DNA of 64,000 nucleotides from Mytilus edulis. Taxonomy: Eukaryota. Positions within the stretch are counted from its first letter, which is position 1; each line of letters opens with the position of its first letter. This document shows positions 13,240-26,600 of the stretch, piece after piece. The stretch covers positions 11,098,001 to 11,162,000 of the forward strand of contig NC_092348.1 of assembly GCF_963676685.1 (NCBI RefSeq). Reading direction: 5' to 3'. The notes below the pieces were generated by a model that was given only the letters and a program-made list of their open reading frames with translations, made no database searches and was not told the origin of the DNA. A program made the translations under genes and the position numbers.

Positions 13240-15300
13240 TTTCTCAGGGTTCATTCCGATGTAGCAATTTGTCTTGTCTTCTGCTGTACACCATTTCAGT
13301 CAATTTATCCCAGTCTTTCACCTCTAATGCATGGTAACAGCGAAGGATTAATAGTTATCAAAGGTACCAGGATTATAAAAAAACATTTCATCTTTTGTTA
13401 CTTTCTTTATTTGTTTTTTTACTTGTTTTTGTGTTTGTTTTAGGTGGAGTTCCTTCAGTTGATGGTCCCGCTTTTAGAATCTTCACTGGTGTAGATGATT
13501 TAATAATTTTGGCTCAAAACGGGGCAGATTTGTCAAAGTCCTTATCTGGTTTTACATCCCCACCAAATGACACATCCACCTTCTTTCTTTATTTACAAAT
13601 GCATCTTCGAATTCAAATTCATACAAATTTCCACATAATAAATTAAAAGTACAAATTGAAACTCATATGAGGGATCGGGTGGGGTCCTTCACTTCTGTAT
13701 ATTTAAATTTTTTAGACCAATTATCTCAATTCTTTATATTTTTAGCCCATTATTCTCTATTTTTGTTATGTTTTAACACCCAATTATTCTCTATTATTAT
13801 TTTGGACCATTTTTGTCTATTCTTTATATTGTTTGCTCATTATTCTCTATTTTGTAAAACTCCATTCAGAAGACCCTCTCATTATATGTATATACACATC
13901 GCATGGTTTTTTTGGTTTTTTTTTAGTTTCAACACGATGCAAACTTAAACTATTTAGATATGTGCACAAAACTGAAATGACATGCATACTATTGTAAAAG
14001 TTTGGAATTTTTCAGGTTTAAAACGTTCCTGTTTTATGTGTTTGTGTTTCTTGTGGGTTTTTTTTAGGGGGGTGGGGGGGTAAGTTTTAATTGTAATGTA
14101 ACACCCAACGCCTTCATTAGATTCAATGTTAATAAAGGAAATAATTGTCATTTCATCAACTTGCTTAGAATATATTGTATTCTGTTAAGAGCTAATAAAA
14201 AAACCAGCAAGATTTATCGAAATCGAAATGATAAAATCAAACCAAATAATTACATTAGATGTATGTTTCATTATATTACGTTATTCTGATTGGCTAACTG
14301 CAATCTCTCGTCATTCCTTAATCAACTTCATTTTAAAATCAATTGTAACATTCATGTTGACACGTCAGTGCTTCTACAATAAAGTACACAGGTAAATAAA
14401 AGAAAATAAACTTCATAGTAAAGATTATAGCGAAAACATTTTGTTATAAATATTGAATGCTTCTTTTAGTAATTCCGTAAGGTTGTAAAAGTGTTGACAG
14501 TGCGCACATTTTAAGAATGAAGCGCAGAACAAAATGTACTTCGGTCAACGCTTTTACTACCCAATGAATTTACAAAAAGAAGCATTTAATTCTTAAATGA
14601 ATGATAACAATTACTTATTTCCTTACTGACAGGCGAAGAACCCAGACCTCTTTCAAGACTTGTGTAATAACTTTTTTTTCCTTTCCAAGTAATAAAGGAG
14701 TCCCGGATGCCAAGTCATTAATTAACTTTTTTACTAATTTCTTTGGCAGAGGAAAGTGAATATATGACTATTTTCTTTTTTAACAGCATTGCCATTTTTG
14801 CACAACAGCATCTTTAATGTGTTCTGCGATCTTCTTAATAAATATGTTCCATTCTTCATTTGTAAAATATGCATCATAAATTTGATTCTGGAATATTAGA
14901 CAATGTATAACAACTTACAATGGTAATAACGATATTATTATATTAGATTATTATTTATTTAACAACAATATAAACAAAATAAATATTCATTTCACCAAAT
15001 AGGTCCAATTTTCGAAATTTTCCATTCAGGTAAAACATTTGACCATTGCAGACGACTCAAATTTTTCAATTGCAGTTACCACTCCTCAATTTAAGAATCG
15101 AATAAGTTCTATTGAGTATTTATACTTAATCATTATATCTCCATCCGGGAATTTATATTAAAAAACATGATTTAAAAAAAATAAGGTTTCTCTCCACTTC
15201 CGTGAATATATCATTTGATTTATTATATGACATTTGTAACTTTTCTGAATACCCCTTTACCATCGATTCGCCTAGTCTGCATATTATATATTCTGGCCGA
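13240..15300 (-). pseudogene. Possible decayed coding remnants, OTU-domain-like
   Basis: Broken frames give FPDGDIM (about 15130-15150) and MAMLLKKKIVIYS...PLLLG...YYTSLE (about 14655-14800), reminiscent of OTU Cys and His boxes. Stops and frameshifts are present and the catalytic residues are absent. Confidence 0.3.
14255..14600. mobile_element. Non-autonomous palindromic element (Crypton-derived-like)
   Basis: Long imperfect inverted repeat ATTGAATGCTTCTTTT...GTTGAC / GTCAAC...AAAAGAAGCATTTAAT (about 14452-14590), preceded by a CTGATTGG motif. Confidence 0.5.
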
Positions 15301-15778
15301 CTGAAAGTGTTTGAGGTCAGACTGTGTAAAAAGTAAAATCACAAAAATGCTGAACTCAGAGGAAAATCAAATCAGAAAGTCCCTAATCACATGGCAAAAT
15401 CAAATGACAAAACACATCAAAAACGAATGGACAAAAACATATGCCTGACTTGGTACAGGCATTTTCAAATGTAGAAAATGGTGGATTAAACCTGGTTGTA
15501 TAGCGCTTAATCTCTCACTTTGTTGACAGTCTCATCAAATTCCGTTATATTTACAATGATGCGTGAACTAAAGAGATATAAAAAATAAAATAGTCAAAAT
15601 ATGGGCACAGCATTCATCATCGAGTGACAATTTTAAAAGAACAATTTAACAGAACACAAAAACATCTATCTACAAACACATACATTGGTTCGCGTGTCTG
15701 ACGTCAGAAAATTTTTAAATTAAACGTCACATATTTTTGTCGTTTTATATTTATACAAACAATTTTAAAATTTCAAAT

Positions 15779-15830
15779 AGTCTATTTCAAGGTTACCCAT
15801 AATACACCGCGCGCTGGCGGAGTTCCGGTT
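15779..15830 (+). repeat. Left TIR of the ISL2EU element (candidate promoter of the YqaJ gene)
   Basis: AGTCTATTTCAAGGTTACCCATAATACACCGCGCGCTGGCGGAGTTCCGGTT; ATG follows at 15884. Confidence 0.8.
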
Positions 15831-15883
15831 AAATGTAAACAAGGCGGCAAGAATGTAGAAATTGAAAAATTATACAGTGTAAA

Positions 15884-18800
15884 ATGTCTTCCGTTAGCAA
15901 AAAAAGCGTGTCAACATTAATCCAACCTCTTCCATTAACACCACAAACTTTTAAAGACGTAAAGAATTTAAACTTGAGGGACTTAAAACGCCTCTGTATT
16001 GATGCAAACATAAAAACTGATGGTGTTGGTCGGAACTCATTAGAAATCTTGTTATGTTTTGAGCTTAATATTTTGACATGTGGTAACAGCGAAAAAAACG
16101 ACTTTTGTATTAAGGAGCCAAAGATTGAAAATCATTTGTTAGATAAAAAGCAGCTACTAGAATTTCAGCAATTGTCCCCAAATTATCTTTTAAAATTGCC
16201 AGGATGGACAAAGCAGGTGCCAGATATAGACCTTGACCTGTCAATGGTAAAGAAGTACCTATTAAACTGTCAAGTGTCTGATTATGATAAAACCTCATTA
16301 CGACAGTATAAACTAACTAGAGCATATCAGCACCTTGATGCTAAACACCTCAATAATGTCTCCTTCAACCCAATTGTTGACAGTGACACATTTTGTGCTG
16401 TAAAAGCCAGCTGTTTGCCATCACAGAGTGGTGAAGAAGCAAAGACAAAGTATCTTCACATAATTATGGATCAGCACACATCAGAACCATATGGTGCATT
16501 TTGCACTTGCACAGTTGGGTAAGCTAAACTCTTCAGGGAAGATCATGAACATGGTCAATTAAATACATTTAGAAGTACATGTAGTATACATGTATAAGTC
16601 CAAATAATAATGACATATTGAAAGGCTATTTCATTTTTTACGCCTTCCTATGAGGACAGAAAAAAGCAAAAAAAAACAGCCTTTCAAGATGTCATAAATA
16701 TTTGTACTAATAAAATATATTTGGCCTAACCTTAACTCCTTATCTACATGTATAGTACCAAAATGCAGTGCTTGGTAAACAGTATTTATGTTTTGCATAT
16801 GACGAGCTTTCTGTTTCATGTGAATGGATAAAACTCAAATCTGGGGCTAATGCATTACCTAATACATGTATCTCTCAGCAAAATTGAAATGGTTTGTGCT
16901 TTCCCTTTATAATCAATATGAATTATTTAAATTTTATAGTTAAATGCAAAAACCTTTAATAAACCAGTTATGTTCTCCAAGGATAATTGCAATGTCTTTA
17001 TTAATAAAATGCAAATGTAAAGATATCAATAGCAGATAAAGATACATTTGAACAGAATGCATATATTTATAAATTTTGATCAATTAAAAACTGTTGTAAT
17101 GAGTAAAAATTGACTAATTTAACATAAGAACATGAACTGAAAAAAAAAATTCAAAGATCTTATGATGGTGTTAAATTGGTATCTTATTCAAATTATAATT
17201 AAAAATTGATATCCACATCATGAATAAAAAATCTATTTAATATGTTCTTTAATTTTTCAGACTGACTCAAGCATGTTCCCATATTGGGGCACTTTTGTTT
17301 TTATTGGCAGAAGTAGTATCAAGGGGGGAGAATTTACCAGAAGATAAGGCTGTTACAGAAAATTTATGCAGTTGGACAAATCCTAAAGGTTTTATTATGA
17401 GTTCCAATGACATTGACATTATTCCTTTTAAATTATTGTTTTATATTTTTACTGTGAAAAGATGCATGACGTTATTGTTTCAATGTTGAATTTTTTAAAT
17501 ATTGTTTTTCATGAAGAGTTCCTCATGATTGGTTGGGTTTTTAAGCAGACATGCACTAGTGCAGTTGTTTCACCCAGTTATACCATATACTCTCGCTGGC
17601 AATTTTTCATGAAGCTCAGTTATGTAAATTAAAAGTGGAAAAAAAAATTGTATTAGGTTTAACTCATGCATCTCTTTCATACAGTTACAAGTAAATGAGA
17701 CCTTTCATTGTTCATTTCCCCATAAAATTCATTTTAAACAAAACTTTATCTTCGTATTGATATCCAGATTTATAGTTATTTCTTTTTCCAATAATTATAT
17801 ATAAACAACCAAACATTTTTTTTTTTTTAATGATGTCAATGTCTGTTGCATTCATAATAAGGCTGACATAATTTGCAACTTTCCATTTTGAGCAACATGT
17901 TCTCCAGCTCAGAAAAATATAAGTCTACTCTTTGATAACAGCTCAGTCTACAGCCAATGACAGTTATAGCATTGTGTTTGAACTTAGTATACAAATAAGT
18001 ATATTCCAAAAAAGCTTTGATATTGATTCCCTTCTGTATTGTTACATGTATTAACTATCAGAGTCACCCATGCATTTATTGCACATGTTTAGCTACATGT
18101 ATGATCACCCAGGCTGATTTTTTTTTTTTTTTATCATATAATGGTATGTACATGTACAACGTAGCTGCTTTTGTCTGTTTAAAGCTCTCTGTTCCTGCAT
18201 CTATTTTCCTGTTGAAATTTGAAATAGTGTTAACTTGTTTTGTTGTATTTAAATTGTTGGCAATTTCACAGTGTTAAGAATATACAAGTAACATCATATT
18301 CTGTCAGCACATAAAGGAAAAAAGGATAAGAAACTTTTCTACATTGGCTAGAGGTATAGGGGGAGGGTTGAGATCTCATAAACATGTTTAACCCCGCCGC
18401 AATTTTGCGCCTGTCCCAAGTCAGGAGCCTCTGGCGTTTGTTAGTCTTGTATGATTTTGATTTTTAGTTTCTTGTGTATAATTCGGAGTTTAGTATGACG
18501 TCCATTATCACTGTACTATTATGCATATTTTAGGGGCCAGCTGAAGGACATCTACGGGTGCGGGAATTCTCGCTACATTGAAGACCCATTGGTTGCCTTC
18601 GGCTGTTGTTTGCTCTATGGTCGGGTGGTTGTCGCTTTGACATATTCACCATTTCCTTTCTCAATTTTATCATACTACTTAGTCACAGTGAAGGGGAGAC
18701 TACTCCTTATCAAATGGTGCAGGGAGTTTTTAAGTTATTCAGCATCATACTCTTTATATTATACATATATACCAGAAAGGAAAAGTGGTATTCTTTTTTG

Positions 18801-21800
18801 CCAATAGGACATTTATCCATCCGATTAGGCAGCAACCATTTGATTTTCTGGGGGGGGGGGGGGGGGGGCTATGGTTTTTTTTCCAGTTTTTGGAGAAAAA
18901 AATAATTTGTTTTTGATTCTGAGAAAAAAAAATTGTTTGTTTCACCCTCAGCTGCCACTATATGTTATGCTAAAATTGAAAGAAAAAAATTGTTTTCGAC
19001 TTGTCGTGAAAAAAATAGATTGTTTTTCGCTGCAGGTGAAAAAAATAATGTGTCAAAAAAAACCAACCATAGCCCCCCCCCCCCCCCCCCCCCCCCCCAA
19101 AATCAAATGGTTGCTGCCTTACATGAACTGTGGAAAAATATCAGTAATTATAATTCCCTCTCTTTCTCTCAATTTGATCTTTAAAATCAGAACTATTAAC
19201 AGTAAATTGTATTCTAGCATCAAATTGTCTGACCTATTTAAAAATCTTGACCTATTGTGTTTTGCTGTCCTCCTTTATCAATGAAATCTTCATAAAGATA
19301 ATTCACATCTAGCACATTTTATAACAAAAAAAATCCTTAGTACATGTATATATACATAGATATAGTCAGATATGGTATGAGTGCCAATGAGACAACTCTC
19401 CATCCAAATAACAATTTATAAAAGTAAACCATTATAGCTCAAATGTACGGCCTTCAACACATTGCCTTAGCTCACACTATAGTTTTAATTATTTTTTTTG
19501 GTACAAGTGGTTTTTTTTAATGGCTGTTCTATTTTTATTAAGGTGCCAAGGTTGAGCCTAAAAAAGGTGAAGACATTGATATTAGAAACAAACCTTCCAG
19601 TTTAAAAACACACATAAGTGACATTGCACCGAAGCTGTCTAAAGAGAGGCAATACCAAAGAACTCTTCAACTGTTGTATGACATAAGGAATGCTAATTCC
19701 AGAGATGCTATGCCTCCAATTGTCAACATTGTTGACCTTGCAAGATTCAGACCCGTGAAGCAACCAGAAGTGAAAGGACCATGGTCCATGCCAGACACAG
19801 TAACTGAATTTTATCCTGGTATTTGCTATGCAGAAAGTATAGATGTGGAAACAACACCACCATCATTAACGGAAATACCTCATCAACAGTTCCAATCTAT
19901 TGACGATAATGGTTACCAGGAGGGATTAAATACTTACATCAATTTAATTATGAAAACTTATAATCAAGCTGATATAAGCAAAATTGAAAACCTGACTAGA
20001 GGTCAATCTGCCAATGAAGAATGGTTTCGACATAGAATAGGGGCAATAACAGCCAGTAAGGTTGTCCGTGTACTAAGTAATAAGAAGAATCAAGATAATT
20101 TTTTGATTGATATTATGAAATACAAACCAGTTGATCTTTCCAGAGTAAAACCAATTCAGTGGGGTTTGAAACATGAAATAACTGCTTTAAAACAAATGAC
20201 AAAATTGTTTGAGCCAAAACATACAAATCTCCAAATTATTCAACCAGGATTGCTAGTAGATAGAACGTATTCATACCTTAGAGCGTCTCCTGATGCAATA
20301 ATGACATGTGATTGCCATGGTACAACTGTAATTGAAATAAAATGTCCCTATTCCAGCAGATATCTGACTCCAACTGTAGCTATATGTCAGAAAAAGATTA
20401 CATATGTTGGCATGGAGAAGGAAAACATGGTTTTGGTTAAGGGTCATCAGTATGGTTACTATGAACAAATTCAAACACAGTTAAATGTTTGTAAAGAAAA
20501 TAACGCAAAATTAGTTATTTGGACAACAAAAGGATTGCTTACGATAGATGTTCCATTTGATGAAATATATTGGACAACCATTATGTTACCAGCTATAAGA
20601 AGTTTCTTTGAGATGCATATAGCACCAGAAATTTTAACCGGCAGACTTAAAAAATCTTTGAACTCTCAGGACAATTTCAAAGACAAAGAGAAGTCTGACA
20701 GCAGTGAAGATTCTACAAATGAATCTTTCTCAGGTAATTTCATTTTCTGTGCTTTTTCCTTACTTAATCTGCGTTTGAACTTAATCACTGTAAGTAGACC
20801 CTAGTGCAAGTTTTTGTCATCACTGTGTGACATTATGTGTCTTCCCAAAATGGCAATATTCAAATTCCCATTTATATATATTTTTCCTTTGAATTGTTTA
20901 ACATTTATCATTCAGGTATGTTTCTTTGTACATAAATTAGGCCTTTGGTTCTCTCGTTCGAATTGTTCATATTTGTAACCTTTTATATGCAGTATGGGCT
21001 TTGCTCATTGTTAAAGGCCGTATGGTGACCTGTATTTAATAATTATAAATGTGTTATTTGGTCTCTTGTGGAAATTTGTCATATTGGCAATAATACCACA
21101 TCTTATTGTTAATATTTGATCATTATTTGAGGTTATATCTGTAAACTTCTATGTCATGATACATATGTAGGCTTTAATTGTCTCATTGTCAATCATATTT
21201 CATCTTCTAATTTTTTTTTATTTGATAATTTCAAATGCTACTAATTAGATATGGGGTTCTTTGATATGCCAAATCTAACTGTGTATGTAGTATTTTCAAT
21301 TGCACAGTATTGCGCAATAGCAAGAAATATCTAATTGCACAATATTGTGCAATAGCAAGAATTTCAATTGGAGTTATCTTTCATTGTCAAGAATAGGTAG
21401 TTGAATCAACTAAAATCATTGTTTTATACAATATATAATGTATATTCACTTTTACTACCAACTGATAAATTAAGACAATCTTTACCATTCAGTGATAACA
21501 AGCACATTTTTACATTTTAATATTTTATGATGTATTTAAATGAGTAATTATTGTTGCAAACTCCATTAGAAATTTTAATTGTGATTAGTTTTGGAATAAA
21601 TGATAGGGGGATGTGAAAAAAAAATGGGGGGGGGGGGGGGGGGAATTCAATTTTTCTCATTTGAAATTTCATAAATAAAAAGAAATTTCTTCAACCATTT
21701 TTTTGAGAGGATTAATATTCAACAGCATAGTGAATTGCTCAAAGTCAAAACAAAAATTTTAAGTTCATTAGACCACATTCATTCTGTGTCAGAAACCTAT

Positions 21801-23244
21801 GCTGTGTCAACTATTTAATCACAATCCAAATTTAGAGCTGTATCCAGCTTTGTGTTGTGTCCATACTTGCCCCAACCGTTCAGGGTTCAACCTCTGCGGT
21901 CGTATAAAGCTGCGCCCTGCGGAGCATCTTTTTGAGGTTGTTATACCACATTCATTCTGTGTCAGAAACCTATGCTGTGTCAAATATTTAATTACAATCT
22001 AATTCAGAGCTGTATCAAGCTAGATTGTTGTGTTTATACAGGCCTCAATTGTTCACGGTGCGCATGGCACAGCAATTTATTTTAATGATAGATCAAAAAC
22101 AATGTACACAACAAAAATGTTATTCAATACATAAAAAACAGGAGAACAAAGTATGAACATGTTTATAGAAGATGTTTCATATGCAAAACTATAATTATGA
22201 CAATTGATTACTTAAAATGGACAATGATGACATCATTCAACATGTTCAACTTAAATATATATAATGAATTAACAACCATTCAACTATGAAGGGGTATTTT
22301 CAATGTTTTGAAAGCATCAACTTATGGGTGTTTCTTTTTTTTTTTGCTGTGTGAATCAAATTATTTTTTTCAGCACTCACTTACATGTAACACTTTAATC
22401 AAAAATATTTTTTCAATCTGCTGCATCAAAAGATTTCTATCTTCAAAGGCAAAGGTTAGGAATAACAGAATAACAATATATTTTTAGAGAAAAAAAACGG
22501 AACCTACTTACAGTCGAATAGTTGTTCTTATAAACAAAGTACAGTTTATGAAATAAAAAAGATTTTAATTGCAAGTTAAATATCGGTAATCATAAAATTA
22601 ACTCCAGACCCCCCCCCCCCCCCCCCCCCCCAATATTAATAATACCGCAAGTATACATATACATGTATGGGCGTGTCACTGTGCTTAGTATTTTTTTAAT
22701 CAAAATCAATTTATAAATTTCAGTTGGAAGATGTATAAAATATGTATTTACGAATGATTTATTTGATCAAATTTCAGAAGAACAAGACAAGAATATTCAT
22801 CTTGAGGGCACCAATGATGATGATGAAGATAATAATGATGCTACTGATGATGTTGATGATGTTAATAATGATGCTGCTGATGATGTTGATGATGTTAATA
22901 ATGATGCTGCCGATGATGTTAATGACCAAAATTTGGCTGGTAAAGAATGTCAGGGATTAAAAGATTGTCAGAGTAAAAAAAGTGATTCGAGTCAGAACTG
23001 GAACTTAGGCTGTGCTTCTTACTGTAGAGACCACAAGGCACCTATATATTCCACAATTAAAGGAGAACTTATTGCATGTGACGCAAATATAGCATGTTCC
23101 TCCAATACATGGTACCATTTTTTCTGTGAAGGTTTTCGGAGGTTAAATATTGAACTTCACAGGGGCAAGAAGTATGTTTGTCAAAAATGTAGACCTTTGC
23201 ATGATCAGAGAGAGAATTTGAAAATGACAAATGGGTTTTTTTAA
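15884..23244 (+). CDS. Transposon accessory protein: SAP-like N-terminus, SWIM finger, YqaJ/lambda-exonuclease domain, acidic repeat, PHD finger; about 824 aa. Exons 15884-16518, 17261-17388, 19543-20733, 22724 (or 22778)-23244
   Basis: GT-AG joins keep the frame and rebuild the SWIM motif CTCTVG|LTQACSH. YqaJ motifs TRGQS..EWF..R.G.ITAS, ASPD, EIKCP, YYEQIQ. C-terminal C..C...C...C....H..C...C..C. No internal stops. Confidence 0.85.
18331..18672 (+). repeat. Interspersed repeat inside intron 2 of the YqaJ gene
   Basis: CCCGCCGCA...AGGAGCCTCT...GGCCAGCTGAAG...TTGAAGACCCA block. A degenerate second copy lies at about 53365-53690. Confidence 0.65.
18828..19118. mobile_element. Tourist/PIF-Harbinger-type MITE
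   Basis: TIRs GGCAGCAACCATTTGATTTT+polyG / polyC+AAAATCAAATGGTTGCTGCC; 3-bp TSD TTA (18825-27, 19119-21). Confidence 0.85.
21235..21932 (+). mobile_element. 3' part of a Helentron-type non-autonomous element in intron 3 of the YqaJ gene
   Basis: Ends in GCGGTCGTATAAA plus hairpin GCTGCGCCCTGCGGAGC. This sub-TIR is the reverse complement of TTTATACGACCGC, which starts the element at about 63945. Confidence 0.6.
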
Positions 23245-23673
23245 TTGATAATTGTGACAATTTAAATTCACTTTTCATACCATTTTAGAGTATGATAGAT
23301 ATGAATACATGTATTTGGTGCTTTTCAAAATCTGTTTACTTTTTGAATCTTCATGTAACTTAAAACACTATTTCAGGACACAAGCTCTAACAACTGATAG
23401 AATCTGAAATTCAAAATCTTTAAAAATTGCCTGATGTTCATTAAAAATTATAACCTGTTTATTGAATTATGGTTTTTAAGAGAGAGCATCATCTTGTTTC
23501 TTAATTTTATATAATAAATAAAAAAAAGACAAAAATTTCAAGACAATACAAACAATAACAAAACATGTAGATCTATCTGCAACTTGAAATAAATAAATAT
23601 TGAATGAATACAAAACATCTACATGTACAAGTATGAAATGGTCTTGAAATACACACACGACCAAGAAATCCAA

Positions 23674-26600
23674 CTACTTCTTCAAAATTGGGGTTTGAAA
23701 ATTCACCAAGAAAGCACATACGGTAAATATTTGTTCTGCCAAATCTTTCATTGATAGTTTTACCTCGCCATCTAGAATGTGGAAAGTTTTCACTCTCTGA
23801 ATGGCACGTTCGACATGAATTCTAACCTTTGAGATATCTTCAGACGTTCTGGCTTCTGAGCTTTTCAGTTGTGCTCTTTCTGTTCCCTTGAAAGACGGCA
23901 TGTGCAGCTTAACACCCATGTCATTTAATATACCACTTATCAAAAATCCCCTATCAGCCATTACAGAACCTTTATTGACTTCTAAATTATGAAGGAGATC
24001 AACTGAGTCGCATGTTATAAATTTATCTGATGCTCGACCACCATACATCCTGCTTACATAAGTTATCCCCATCTGTGGGCTAACACCAATCAAAAACTTG
24101 AATGTGTTGTGGTGCTTATAATTTGAGAAAACCTGTTTTCTTGCATCAAGTTTGCTTGGATTTTGAACAAATATTTCAGTGCAATCAATAATAACCCTTA
24201 CATCTTCAAAATCCTTCATAGCGTGTGATTGATTTTCATTCAATACCTCTTTTGAAGGTAGTTCACATAACTCCTTGAGATCAACATACATTAGATTTAT
24301 CCAAGAGCTGAAAATTTGTGAAACCAAACCAACACTGATTGAAAACCTGATTGCTAAATCTTCAACCAATAAGCCAACTTTGAGACGCACCATAGTTAAA
24401 AAGAATTCATCAATTAACGAAAGCTTCCTCTCTGGACCTCTTTTCCTATCAGAAAATGTATCAGGCATGCCTGCATCACCTTTCCAATATCTCATGTTTG
24501 TAGCCCTTGGTTCAAAATATTGAAATAAAGCATAGAAATTCTCATAATTTGAAAAGCCTGTCCAAAAAACCATGCGTTTAGGATTGTCCTTCATGTTTTG
24601 TAAGCTTAAAATCTGCTTAGCTTGGCTTTCATTAATTTTTTTCAGACGTTCAAGTTCATTCATTTTTTCTTTAATTTCAGGTAGATATTCTTTGATTAAC
24701 CAATAATTTCCTTTTTCTGTTTCTGTATTTATGTAATCATGATTATTAATCTGAGGTATTATTGGTTCATATGGCTTCTTATCTAATGGACGCCCTACTT
24801 GATTATTGGCGACAGTGATATCTTGAAATAATCTTTTTTTTCTCTGTCTGGTCTTGTTTTCTAACTGCCCTGTAGGACGAGATGTATGTGTATTTGTTAA
24901 AGGTATATTATAGTATAGAATAGATATATGTAGATTATCAGGTTTTCTGCACCTCTTTATTTGAAATATCATCTATTATCCAAAATGTGAACTTTTGTAA
25001 CGATAAAGTACCAAAAAAAGAAGCCTGCTTTATCACCATTATTTATGACTGTTTTTAAATTTTGCCTAAGTATTACATTGTATCTGGAAAAAATACTTTA
25101 TCTTAATTTTCAAAGAACTGGTTTAAAATCAGAGTTTTTGTTATTTAACCTCAAATATTGTATTATTTTCTTTATATCGGAGATCAACTATGGAAATATT
25201 TGATTTTTTCAACTATAACTTAATATTATTAAGTGCCAAATATTTGCTCACTTGACCAAAGGGCCAGTTGAATTTTTACTACATGTATCACTTGGTGTCA
25301 ATGATTGATGTTTATGTTGTTTTAAACTTGATAATTTGATAGGATGTATGTCATATAATTTCATTTCATCAGTGTTTTCTGTTGTAAAGATATAGAATGT
25401 CTAATAAGGACTCTGATGCATTCATGTCAGTTTGCACATCTTTTTTATGAAATAATTAATTTAAGCCTCAGGGACACAAAAGTGTGTGAGGGATGTACAT
25501 GTGTATGAGTAACTAGTGAAATAATTACTGTCTGTCTATTTTTTATTTGTTCTTCCATCACATTATTTTTATTGTAAAATATCAATAAAACTTGTCTATT
25601 GACAATTGTTATTTTGACAGTTTTGACTATTTTAACAGCACAGCTGATCATGATCAATAATTTGCCATTAGCGTCATTTAATCTAAAATTTTAAAAGAAG
25701 TTTGATTTTTTGCAATGATGAATTGACCCGTTTGACAAAATTTTCTTGGATTTAAGCAAATTGATTGTAAACCAAATAATATAGGTCAAGGTTTCAGCAT
25801 TTTAAATGCAAGAAATAATTTGCTGATGGTGATATTAATTGTGTATCACTAGATAATATTGTTGTACTTTTTACTGTGTTGTTGTTAATATATTTGGCAG
25901 AATATTGTATTTTTACATGTATTAAATTGTACTAACCATCAATTACTTGTATTTCTTGTTTAGTTGAATTACTTGTTTTTCTAGCTGGTGTTTTCTTTTG
26001 ATATGGGAACAGAGTAGGTATGTAACCTTTTTCTGTTGATGATGTCTGTTTCGTGCCTATAAGATATGCAACAATCAGTACTTTAGAAACAAATAAATAA
26101 CCTCCTGTCAGACTTGAACTGACATCCCTTGATGAAATGGTATCACCAAGTGTACTTCCTTGTACTAAGAAGGTTTCTTAAAAACAAGTACTTAACTGAT
26201 GCAATCTCTAGCATGTCTAGTTATGAGCAAAATATATGGTACATTTGTATAAGGCCTCCACAAGTTACAATCTGGTATGGAAATGCACTGATCTATATTA
26301 CTGTTTAAAGATATCAAGACTTTCTATACTAACGGGACTGATTACTTATAACAATGTCTATACAAATTATCAAACTGATCTCGGCTGTAGCGGATACATG
26401 TAGTATAGAAAGTCCCTGTTTAAATCTATGAAAGGTTAAAGTCCCTGTTTAAAGCTATGAAAGGTTAACAAGCTGGCTGTGGTCCTATATTTTTGTTATT
26501 ATTATATTGATATGTGCACTTAAAAACAAACAATGAACATGATAAACCAAACAATTGACAAATTATCATTGTGAAAATGATTCACCATTTAGTTGTATCA

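Noticed and set aside
13664-13885. Possible MITE (ATGAGGG...CCCTCTCAT) with internal TTATTCTCT repeats
   Set aside because: The terminal match is too short and no convincing TSD was found.
18754-19284. Poly-Pro and poly-Gly ORFs
   Set aside because: They arise from the G and C homopolymers of the MITE at 18828-19118.
19674-20804. YqaJ ORF as a phage/viral recombinase, contamination or horizontal transfer
   Set aside because: It is one exon of a spliced gene lying inside transposon TIRs opposite a THAP-DDE transposase.
22742-22960. Poly-Met/Leu ORF
   Set aside because: Alternative frame of the Asp/Asn-rich coding minisatellite.
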